A stretch of 64,000 nucleotides of DNA from Octopus vulgaris (Eukaryota), in the NCBI GenBank assembly GCA_951406725.2, contig OX597825.1, positions 81,840,001-81,904,000 on the forward strand, in the 5' to 3' direction. The position numbers were made by a program, and so were the translations under genes. This document shows, piece after piece, positions 40,262-52,700 of the stretch (position 1 is the first letter of the stretch; every line of letters starts with the position of its first letter). A model generated the notes under the pieces. That model had not been told where the DNA came from. It was given only the letters and a program-made list of their open reading frames with translations, and ran no database searches.

Positions 40262-40620
40262 AAGAGTAAAGAAGACAAAATGAAAGATAGAGAGAAGAAA
40301 TGAGAAAGAGTAAGAGAATAAAAGAGGAAGACAAAAATGATAGAAACGATGAGAGCGAGCGAGAGAGAGAGAGTAAGAGAGTAAAGAAGACAGAATGAGA
40401 GATAGAGAGAAAAAATGAGAAAGAGTGAGAGAGTAAAAGTACAAGACAAAATGAAAGATAGATAGAAACGATGAGAGCGAGAGAGTAAAGAAGAAGACAA
40501 AATGAGAGATAGAGAGAAAAAAATGAGAAAGAGTGAGAGAATAAAAGAGGAAGACAAAATAAAAGATAGATAGAAGAAAGGAGAAAGAGTAAGAGTGTGA
40601 GTGAGAGAAGGGAAATCGAG
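40053..40620 (+). repeat. Polypurine (GA-rich) degenerate tandem tract directly upstream of CCT3
   Basis: Recurrent gaagacaaaatgagagatagagag / aaacgatgagagcgagag units. Confidence 0.85.
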
Positions 40621-40666
40621 AGGAGCCTCGTTGTGAAAGTTTTGTCGTCCATTAAGTTGTCTCATC

Positions 40667-40700
40667 ATGTTTGGTGGTTCATCTCCCATAATCGTTCTCA
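40667..40700 (+). CDS. CCT3: CCT3 exon 1 (coding part)
   Basis: ATG...[11 protein letters not shown] then A|gtaagt. Confidence 0.9.
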
Positions 40701-43700
40701 GTAAGTAATTAATAATTACGAAATGTCTTTAATTATGTCTTCGACCGACAAAGAAATGGTGAGCTAAAGCTTCATTCTAATATAATTTCAGATCAGAATA
40801 CCAAGCGTGAGTCTGGTCACAAGGTACAGTTCGGTAATATCAAGGCCGGCAAGGTAAGAAGACGAAGAAGAAGGAGCACATGGACGAACGTCCAGAATGT
40901 TCCTTCCGATTATTCCATCTCTTTCCCCTCTTTCGCCCCTTTATTCTCCTTTTATCTTGCATTATACAATTCCTGAAATGTTCCTCTTAACCTTTGACAA
41001 AGAAAAAACACAAATATCCGCCTTTTAATTGGTTTTATCGCTGTTTTTTGAGTCATTAATTAACGAATTATCATATGGTTACAAAGTGGGGGATCACTTG
41101 TTTTTTTGTCTCTTCATCGTTTCTCTCTTAATTATTAATCATCAGTTCATTAATTATTACAGCATGTTATTACATTATTATACCTAATTATTACGCTTGT
41201 TGTTAGTTTATTTTCTTGTTTTTAAATTCACTTATTTCTGACATTATTTCACCAAAAGCTTTTTTGAATTTTTTTTTCACAATGACTTCTATATAACACA
41301 CGTGTGTGCAATATACATACATATATATATATATATATTATAGGCCTGCTCGCTTAGCCAGTGGGGTGGCGTCATTTAAAGGCTAAAACAATGCGAAGCG
41401 CATTGTGACCAGCGATGTGTAGCAACATCAGATAGCCTGGTCGGTCACACACACACATATATATATAGAGACGAAAGATCGCCATATATATTATAAATGT
41501 GGTGTAGCTGCCTCTTGTCTTGCTTTATATGGTCTGTGTGTTGCAAGCTTTGTGATACAAACCATCTCGATAAAGCTGGCGACCCGGTATCGATCCCCGG
41601 CCCCAGCCGCCGCTACTTCCACCCCACCACCACCATCACGACCATAAATCTACAGTTAAACCCCCCCACCCCATGCAGTATCTCTAATATAATCTACATA
41701 TCTGTTGTGAAGCAGTATTAGTCATCGTTACTACTATTCGTTGTTCTATGTAATATTATGTACACATCTTATAAATTTAATGTCCCTTGTGAAATCTTTA
41801 ATTTCTGCTGCAACAGTTTACTAGTTGGGTTTCCTAATTTGGGAAAGGCATAAACACCACTGCTACCTCACTGCCTGCTCTCTATTCCCTTTCATAATGG
41901 ACCATGGGACGTTGACTCCTTCGAAGATTCTCTTTTTTTTTTCCCTCTCTATCTCAAAAGCTTTAAATATAAGAAGAAATGTGATGTAACTGCATCAAGA
42001 TGTGCTTAAGAACAAATTATTTTCCTGTTAAAACATGTCCCCCACTCAAATACGTTACGGGTTTGGGATATTTGAGTTGATTTTCAAATTTAGTTATTAC
42101 GTTCATATAAAGAATAAATTTAGAGTTTAAAAGGCGATTTTGCATTGGTTTTGGTGGTGTAGCAATACAAATATTTTATAACGAGGATTCCATAGCATTT
42201 TCGTTATGGCTAAGGCGGCATCGGCTAATTTAATGCAATGATTCTGTGGATTCTGATTGTCTGTGATTTGGAATCCTCACGTTGGAACGGGATAAAACTG
42301 TCATGAGGTGTGTAGTTTGTAGCTGTGAAGGGGAGAGACCTTATTGAACATAACGCACCAACTACTGATTTGGGAGTTTTTAGAGGTAATTTTATGGTTT
42401 TTCAGTTAATCTTATTATATCTTGTCACATGTGGTCATAGCTGCATTTGCTGGAAGGGTCTTGTATTCATCATCATCGTTTAAATAATCGTTTAACGTCC
42501 GTTTTCCATGCTGTCATGGGTTGGACGGTTCGACAGGGGTCTGGGAAGCCAGGAGGCTGCACCAGGCTCCAGTCTGATCTGGCAGTGTTTCTACAGCTGG
42601 ATGCCCTTCCTAACGCCAACCACTCCGTGAGTGTAGGGTGCTTTTTACATGTCACTGGCACAGGTGCCAGGCGAGGCTGGCAACGGCCATGATCGGTTGG
42701 TGCTTTTTACGTGCCACCGGCACGGAAGCCAGTTGAGGCGGTGCTGGCAACAGCCATGTTCGGATGGTGCTTTTTACGTGCCACCTGCACAGGTATCTCA
42801 ACTACAATTTCCATTGATTTTTTTTTTTTTGATCGATTTCAATTCCACATTGCATTAGGGTGAATGGAAATCGATCAATGGAAATTGCAGATGTGTTACC
42901 AGTGCCGGTGGCATGTAAGAGAACCTTCCGTTTCGCGACCGTTGCCAGCACCGCCCCGTTTCGTGTCCGTTGCCAGCCTCGCCTGGCCCTCGTGCCGGTG
43001 GCACATAAAAAGCACCATCCGTTCGTGGCCGTTTGCCAGCTCTGTCTGGCACCTGTGCGGGTGGCACGTAAAAAGCACCCACTACACTCACGGAGTGGTT
43101 GGCGTTAGGAAGGGCATCCAGCCGTAGAAACACTGCCAGATTTGACTGGGCCTGATGAAGCCTTCTGGCTTCACAGACCCCAGTAGAACCGTCCAACCCA
43201 TGCTAGCATGGAAAACGGACGCTAAACGACGACGATGATGATGATGTAACAATTCCTGCAAGCAGATGTATTGAGCATTACCTCATTTTGTAAATAGTTG
43301 ATGTAAGGCGCTTTATTTCAAATTTATAATTCATATTTGGTCAACGTTTTTGCAAAAGGAAGACAATTTATGAATAGCTGCAAAGATATAACTTGTGAGA
43401 TGACTGGTTTGTAGTAAGATGTGCCATTCATTGAATCTCCTTGGTCAGAAGAGCTTCTAGTACAAACTGTTAAATAGCAAACCCCTTGCCCTCCCCCACC
43501 ATCTCTGTTAATGAGAAGGCAAAATAGTTTGAAATTCAGACAATTCTTTATTTCCCATGGTTTTCATGTGTCGGTGGCACATAAAAAGCACCATCCAAAT
43601 GTGGCTGATGCTAGTGCCTCCTTAACTGGCTCTCGTGCCGGTGGCATGCAAAAAGCACTATCTGAACGTGATCGATGCCAGGCCTGCCTGATTAGCTCCT

Positions 43701-46700
43701 GTGCTGGTAGCATGTAAAAAGCACCCTCTACACTCTCAGAGTGGTTGGCGTTAGGAAGGGCATCCAGCTGTAGAAACATTGCCAGATCAGATTGGAGCCT
43801 GGTGCAGCCTCCTGGCTTTCCAGACCTCAGTCAAACTGTCCAACCCATGACAGCATGGAAAACTGGCGTTAAACAACGATGATGATGGTGTTGGATAAGC
43901 TAAAAACCACAACTGTGGTTGAAAAGTTTACTTCCCCATTCACTTTTGGGTTTGATCCCATTGCGTAGCATCTTGGCCTTTAGACTTGGTCTAACCAAAG
44001 CCTTATAAGTAGATCTGAGAAATAGAAACTGTTGTGTAGGTGCAGATGTAAGTGTCTGGTTCACAATTTGCTTCCCGACCACAATTCCAATCCCATTGCT
44101 GGTTATGTGTCGCCCTGTTTGCACTAAACTCGTGGATTTGGTAGACAGAAACTGTTTCAGCTGGGTGTGTATGTCTCATTGCCTTGAGATGATGCGATAG
44201 TTGTAAATGAATGTCACTGTCATACAAGCAGTGTTTATCATTTCCAATATTCCGTGGAAACCTTTTTGGCCACGGGGGAAATATTGCCTTGCTTGGCAAC
44301 AGGAAAGACACTTCCAACACTTCCTCTGTAAACTGCATCCAATCCATCATCATCATCGTTTAACGTCTACTTTCCATGCTAGCATGGGTTGGACGATTTT
44401 GGCTGAGGGCTGGTGAACCAGATGGCTGCACCAGACCCCAATCTTGATTTGGCAGAGTTTCTACAGCTGGATGCCCTTCCTAATGCCACCCTCTCCGTGA
44501 GTGGTTGGCATCATCCAGGTATGAAAAAGATGCTTAAACAATATGTGTGTTTGTGTCCCTTGACATAGCCTGATGGTTGTTAGTGACCATCACCTTCAAA
44601 TGTCATGTTTCCAGCCTTCCATAAAAACAGGTTTGGCTATAGAGAAATAATGCTTTGCTTAGAAATAGGTGAAGGTTGGTGACAGGAGGGGCAACCAGCC
44701 ATAGAAAATCTGCCTCAACAATTCTAACCCATGCAAGCATGGAAAAGTGGATGTTAAGGCAAGAATGTGGATGGCAGTTTGTCCAGTCTCCTATCCATGA
44801 GAAATGGTGTTCTAGCAGGGGAAAGAATTTTGGCTTAAATTTGGCACCTAGCTAAGAAGAACAGGTCCTTTTTAACAGCATTAGTAGATTGTAGATTTTT
44901 AGAGTGCACGAAATGCTATTCTTGCTTAGCACAACTTTTTATATGTTCTTGGTAATTTAAATGGCAAAAACTGGTGCAACTGGCATAGGTTAGATGGTTT
45001 GACTAAAATTGGTAACCTGCATCCAAGTTCCAGTCTTAATTTGGCATAGTTTCTTTGACTGGATACCCTTCCCAATGCCAACCACTCCAAGAGTGTAATC
45101 TCAGTTTGGGCGAGCTGGCAGAATCGTTAGCACGTGGGGCGAAATGCTTAGCGGTATTTTGTCTGCTGTTAGGTTCTGAGTTCAAATTCTGCGAAGGTCC
45201 CCTTTGCCTTTCATCCTTTCAGGGTCGATAAATTAAGTACCAGTTACGCACTGGAGTCGATGTAATCAACTTAATCCCTTTGTCTGTCCTTGTTTGTCTC
45301 CTCTATGTTTAGCCCCCTGTGGGCAATAAAGAAATAAATCTTGGTTTGGAGAAAATAGTGCATTTTGTATTTTCCAACCTAAAAGCAACTGGCCATTGAT
45401 AATTGATAAAGTGAAATAATTCCAGAAGCTTTTTTCTCTATTGGTAGAGTAGTAGTAGTTTGCTACAAGACATAGTTCTTGACATGGAGTCAGCCTGGTT
45501 CCTGTAACTCCAGGTACATCACATTCAATAATGGTCAAGTTATCACTAATTTCAAAGATGACATTCTGCTGGTCCTTTTCTTAACCCTTTAGCATTTAAA
45601 CCGGCCATATCCGGCCAAAAGTATTCTGCCTGTTTTATGTTCAAACTGGCCAGATCTGGTCTCTCACATCAACCCTACAATATCGTTTTAAAAATTAACA
45701 GCTACCTTATCAAAATCTCAAAGCTACAAGATAATACATGATTAATTCAAGGCAATGTGAATGAAAAAGCATTAATTTTGGTAGAATAATGTGAACACTA
45801 AAGGGTTAAAGAGTATTGAAGGTTTTAGATCCTCTTTGACTCAGTGTTTTTGCTAAGGGTCTGATTTGATCTGAGTATTTATGCATCTTTTTCTGCATAT
45901 TTTTAGTCATATTCCTAATGTTCTACAAAGTAACTTGGGATGTGATGATCCTTTGCATCAGTTGTCGGCAGTGGTGGTGTTTAAGAAATTGTGGACGGGG
46001 CAGCAAAGTGAGGCATTTTGTATAACACTTCACTGTTCTTTTGAACCGAATCAACAGACTCGGCTTTGTCTATGTGCTGCACTTTGTAAAAAGACCCCAA
46101 TGACAACACTGGTAGACATCTACGTCATCATTTTAACAGACTTGTTCCATGCTGCCATGGATTAGATGGTTTGATAGGATCTGGCAAGTCTAAGAACTGT
46201 ATCCTGCTCTGCTGTTTAGTTTGGCTCAGTTTCTCGGGGTTGATGCTCTTCCTAACACCAATCGCTTTACAGCTTGAACTAGTTGCTGCTTTTCATGCCA
46301 CCCGTACAAGCAACGTCCTCATGCAGCTTGTAAGGCTTAGGAACCCTGAGTGGGGTTAAAGTATGAGAGGACTGGTGCAGACAGGTTTGTAGATTTTCAG
46401 GTTTTCTAGATGATCAGCTTGGTATGAGGAAGAGATGAAATAGGACTGATGGGGCATCTGTTTGTGTGGACCCTCAAGGTACAAAGTGAGGATGCATTCT
46501 AAATACCTCATTGAATTCTTTGCCAACTGACATGAAGTCAATCAGTCTGGTTCCTGTAACCCCAGGTACATCACATTCAATAATAAATACTGGCTCAATA
46601 CTTCGTTAACCTTTAAACATTCAAATTCCTCTGTCAAATGTGATGAGTTTTTTATTGCCATTATATTGAAGAAATCCTGCATTATCCTTTGTCTTTGAGA

Positions 46701-49700
46701 TTGTTTTATTTTCCGAATGGTATTGGAGGATGTTGTGATAGGTCAGATCTGGTTGGTTTCAATACAAAAGGGTGTTTAAATCATTTTCATATTTTGATAT
46801 CAGGAAATATTTTCTCCATTTCAACTACTACACTTCTGAATAACAGGGGGCGGGGTCAGACATCCTCTCCCACTACTATTACCATTTTTAAATCTCACAG
46901 CCTGATATATTCAGCAACAGTACTTTGTAGTAAAGATTGTTTGGCAACATAACCTGGCAGTCCTGGTTTAGGACTTCTTTTTTTGACTCTGGAGGGATGA
47001 GCGGCAATCTGAACCCAGAATATAAAGAACTGGAGAGAATCCTGCAAGGCAGTTTTTCGACACTAACGAGTCTGCCAACTTGCCCACCCCTACTGCACTA
47101 AATAAAAACCCATTAATTTTTGTTATTTGATTAATGACACTTCTTCATTAACATTTGTGTGTTACTGTTCTATCATTTATTTCTTGCATTTTTGCAGTCC
47201 ATTGCTGACATTATCCAGACATGTCTAGGACCAAGATCTATGTTGAAGGTAACATTTGGTTTTCTATTTATCCCTCTTTTTCTAAAAATGGAATTTAATT
47301 TACTGTTAACTGTCGTTAGCCTTTTTGTTACCATATTCCATTTGAAATATACAGCATTTATTTTGCTTGATTTTTAAAATAACGAAGGATTTAGTAAAAT
47401 AGCTTTCTCATTAAGCTGGTTTCTGGAACAAATTGGCATAAATTGTAATTTAGATCACTTTAAAATGAGTTTGTGCCATAAAACTAGGTGTGAAAAAATA
47501 CATTTGGCAGTAAATCTAAATGTTAAAAACTGAATTGTTTTTAAAAATATTGTTATATTAAAATACATTTTCTGTTTTTTCATGAATTTCAATTGATGAT
47601 AAAGCTAGTGGTGACTGATTATAATGACAATGTTTCCCTTTAATATTTCAGATGTTGATGGATCCGATGGGAGGAATTGTCATGACAAATGATGGCAATG
47701 CTATTCTCAGAGAGGTTAGCTCATCTCCACTTGATTTCTTCCTTTTGTTGTTATTGTTGTTTTCATTTCGTAATTTTTGCATTTTGATTCCATCTGTATA
47801 CATGTTTCAAAAGACTTTTAAAATTGCTTGTGTTTGGTGGGTCTTAAAATACGTAATCTTACACATCCTCAACCCTATTACAATCCCGTGAAACAGTATT
47901 GTTTAGTCTCGCTTGACTGTTTCGTTACTAAGTGTTCTTTACACTTTACAACCAGTATTTATCCTCTGTTTGCGTTAAGGAATATGCCATTGTAGTTAAC
48001 ATCTATACTTTATCTAAGACAAAGAACAAATTGTTTGTAGAAAAATGCACACACATTCAACTATATACATAAAAGAAAGACTGTTCAACAAAATAGCCCT
48101 TAGCCCCTATAACATTCTTGATGTAGCCATTAAGTGGCCCCAACCCACCACATTTATGACTAACTCCCAATGAATACTTGACAATGTGGGGTCACTAGTT
48201 AACCTCATGACATCCAGGAACAGCAGTGCAGGTGGTGATAGAAATTTTTGAAGTATGGTAGGGACATCATATGGTCACAAGGTTTTCTTGGTTCTTGCTG
48301 GATATAAATTTCTTGTGTAGTCCTTAGGCCTGGCTTGTGCCGTTTGGTTGGTGTCCTCGTCATCCTGTTAGTATTGTTCTTGGTGATGTCCTGGGCCTTC
48401 TGGATGAACTCAGCTGGAAATGTTTGTTTCCTTTAGTCACAGGTGACGCATCCCTCACAACAGGCTTCCAGCTATTTCTCAATTCTGAACATGAAGAACG
48501 CAACCATCTTTGAGAATCTGGCACTTACAAGAGTGGTGTGTCCTTTGTATTACCTTTCCTCACATTGAAATATACTACATTGGGCACATGCTGCTCAACT
48601 TTACATAAGATGGTCTTTCATTTATACTCTGAAGTTTGTTGACAAATACTCATTGCCCTCCATACAGCTTGTTATACAGATCATCATCATCAGTTTTCCA
48701 TGCTGGTATGGGTTGATGGATACTGCACCAGGTTCCATAGTCTCTTTTGGTTTGGTTTCTATGGTTAGATGCCCTTTCTAATGCCAACCCTTTAAAAAAG
48801 TGTACTGGGTACTTTTTACATGGCACCAGCATCAGTGCCGGTTACAATGTCACTAATTAAGATAATTATTTTCTAAGCTTACATCTTCAACATGTCTTAT
48901 TTCTGACTCCTCAATTAGATATTAAAAATGTCCCAGAGCTAAATACTTGTTATCTTTTGAGTGTTTTAATATACAATCTTGGTTATGGTAGGGAAGTGGT
49001 AATTTGAGGAGTTTGTTACTTAACCACATGGTTTTCAGTTTAGTCTCACTGTGAGATACCTTGAGCAGGTGTGGGTTTACTTGGCATGTATAGTTGGAAA
49101 TGTATCTGGTCTTTGTAACCCACCATGCATTCATCAGTAGACAGTCTTTTTCCAGGTCTGTAATCAACATTAAATATCCAAAACTCAGTGTTGAGAAGCA
49201 GTTTCACTATAAATATGGGGTCCTAATGTTATTCCCACACATTCTGTTGTAATGCTATGTCTCTCAGTTATAGACACAACTTGAAAAAGCACATTCTAAT
49301 CATTACATTGGAAACCTTGTGCATCAAATTGGCATGTGATGTCGAGACAAGGACACACACGATGGGCTTCTTTTCAGTTTCTCTCTACCAGTTCATTCAG
49401 ATCTTTGGTCAGCCTGGGGCTAGAGTAGGAGATTCTTGCCCAAGGGGCTGCACAGTGGTTGGCATATCAAAATTCTCAACCACACAGCCATGTCTCTGCT
49501 TTTCTCTTGCGTTTGTTTCTTCAGAACCAAAGTTTCAGCACTGATTCCCTGTCCTGGTAAATGCTCCAACTATCTCACTACCCCCTCCTTCATTCCTATT
49601 GTTTTAGGAGAGATTCCATATTGCCATCTGGTCTAAATAAATATTTCTTCTTCTCTTCAGATCACCGTCCAACATCCAGCTGCTAAATCCATTATTGAAG

Positions 49701-52700
49701 TAGCTCGTACTCAGGATGAAGAAGTTGGTGATGGCACCACATCTGTTATTGTTCTCAGTAAGTCTTCATTTAATTTCTTTTTATTTACAGTTTTATTTCA
49801 GCCAGATTATCATTTTCAGTAATCCGTTCCCCAGAAGTGGCATTTCATGAGTCTCCTACAAAGCCTTTAATGTTCATAACTGCTGGAGATGGTCGAGAGT
49901 AAAAGGTTGAAATGGAGGGGTATGGGGAAGAAGAAAAACACCATCTTTAGTTGAAGAAAGTTGCCAGGAAACTTGTATCAAAGACCCTGATGGTGGAATT
50001 GGCACTAGAAGTATAACTCCATCTGGAAGAGCAAGTTTCATTGGAAATCGTTTCAACTTAGCTTCCATTGAAGATTATTCTGTTGCTGACTCAAACAAGC
50101 TGAGTGTCCGTCAGTAGATATTTCATTGGAAAATCTGATTCTGAGATTGGTTTAAACAATGATTGATTCTTGGTGACTGTGTCTTGTCACAACACTGAAA
50201 TTCTTTGGTAATTTTGATTTTGAATATGAATTGGTATGTCTAGGCATTTTTTAGTGTTTTGATATGATAGGAGCACAAGGGTCAAGTTTATATGGGAAGG
50301 TGCTATACAGGGTGTGTGAAAAGGATTGCTATCACTAAATTCACATTTTGATTACATATATTTTGGACGTTAACCCATGCTAGCATGAAAAGCGGACGTT
50401 AAAGGATGATGATGATGATATTTTGTTGTTTTTTTCAGCTGGAGAAGTGTTGAACGTGGCCAGTCCATTCCTTGGCGAACAAATGCATCCAACTGTCATC
50501 ATCAGTGCTTTCAGACGTGCTCTTGATGACATTTTGGAAATTATGAAGGCTAAGATAGGGTAAGCTTGAACAAAAGAATTCTTCATTTTATTAGAACCTT
50601 CATTAAAAAAAAAGTACAAATTTGTAAAATTGGATGGTTTTGAAATAAAGAAAAAATTTTACGTTTATATATTTTAGTAAAAATAATGGCTGTAATTCTT
50701 CAGTGGAAACAAAAATGATAAAGTTTTTATATTCCACATAATGTAGGATGGTACAATAAATGGAATTTTATTGCGTAAGAAGATTAGCGACATGTTTTTT
50801 TTTACTATTTCAGTATAGTAAATTGTTGGTAGGGTGCGAGGAATGGTTTGGGTACTAAAGATCACGAAGGTGTCAAGCTGGCAGAATTGGTACTGGACAA
50901 AATGCTGCGGAGCAATTTGTTCCAAGTTGAAATGTTGCTATCCTTTTGAGGGGTCGATAAAATAAGGACCAATTAATCACTGGAGTCTGTGTAATCACCT
51001 AGCTCCCTTCATCAAAATTTCTGGTCTTCTGCCCATAATAGAAAGATATGAAACATCTTGGAGATTGTTGGAACTAAAGTTTTAGCATCTATCATACTTC
51101 TGTTGAAATAAAATGCCTTAATTTTGAAAATTATGAATTTAGTAAAATGCTGGAATCTGGAACATGACGTGAAATTTTGGACGGTTTTAATTTCTAAATC
51201 ACTTCAAGATAAGAAAGTTTGTGTCATAGAACGAGGAGGGGGGGTAGTCATAAGTGGGTTGGTATCAAAAGCTTTTTAAACTACCTAAAAATATGGAATT
51301 GACTTAGAATGTTTTGTTTTCAACCAGCGTTCCAGTTGATGTGAATAATGATTCGGAACTTTTGAAAATCATTAAAAGCTGTATTGGTACCAAGTTCATG
51401 AAACAATGGTAAGTGCAGTGTTTCATTGTCTGTAATTCTTCCAGAACAGTTTTGCATTTTTCTAAGGACTTTTGCTGATAATGTTTAATTTTTCTTTTTT
51501 TAAAAACCTCTTCAAAGGTCTGAGTTGGCTTGTAAAATGGCATTGACTGCTACTAAAATAGTCCTGGTTGAAGAGAAAGGGAAGAAAGAGATTGATTTAA
51601 AGAATTTTGCTAAAGTTGAAAAAGTAAGTTACATATTTCATTTCCTTCTGAAATCTAAATTGTCATTATTATCATTTTTAACATCCCCTTTTGCATCATG
51701 TTTACATGGGTTGAACAAAATTCCATCAGGGCATATTTTCTACAGCTGGGCGCTCTTCCTGTTGCCAACCCTCACCTATTTCCAACAAAGGCAACATTGT
51801 CCCAAGGAAGATAAACAAACATCACTTGTATGACAACAGTCATCACATGATGTCATCAGGACAATTGTAGATGCATATGCACACACCCAGTGTGAATCAG
51901 TAGTTAGAGCTACGGTTTCACAATCATGAGATAGTGAGTTCAATTCCTGAACTGGGCTGTGTGTTATGTTCTTGAGCAAGACACTTATTTTCATGTTGCC
52001 CCAGTTCACTCGATTGCGATGTCACTGGTTCTAGTCTGTATGGGTCTTTGCCTCTCCCTTAGATAATGTTGGTGGCATGGAGAGAAGAGGCTGGTATGCA
52101 CGAGCGTTGCTGGTCTTCCATAAACAACCTTGCTTGGACTTGTGCTTTGGAGGGGATCTTTCTAGGTGCAGTCCCACAGTCATTCATGCTGGTCACATGT
52201 AAAAAGCTCCATCTGAATGTGGCCAATGCCAGCGCCACCTTAACTGGTTTCCATGTCTGTGGCATGTATAAAGCACAATCCGATTGTGGTTGATGCCAAC
52301 CCCCTCTGGTCCCTTCACATTTATTATAAAGAAAATCCTCATTGAATAGTGTTTGATTGCAATCCTCTGTCCGAGCATGTCCAGGTAGTTTGTCGTTCCA
52401 TAGATGGGGGATTTATTACCTTACCTGGAAACAGGTGAGGTTTATTTCCTTCTCTCCTTGTTTCAGTCGAATGAATTGACCCTAGTACTTTTTTTTTTAC
52501 ACCTAGTACTTTGTTTTGCTGAACTGTAAAATTATGGGGGATGTAAACACACCAACACTGGTTGTCAAGTGATGGTGGTGGGGAACAAACTGTCAGACAC
52601 AAAGACACACGTTTTAAATATAGTCTAAAATTATACAGAATATCGTATATTTTAATATTGGTTTTGATATTTTCTCTTCGGCATTTTCTTATTTTTCTCA

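Noticed and set aside
43152-43176. CTGATGA followed by the AGCC/GGCT hairpin
   Set aside because: No GAAA or stem III; it is a point variant of the repeat consensus ctggtgcagccttctggct.
45480-46585. Two ~50-nt copies (cctggttcctgtaac..ccaggtacatcacattcaataat) as intronic H/ACA snoRNAs
   Set aside because: Only a 5-bp stem, no H box or two-hairpin layout; more likely repeat fragments.
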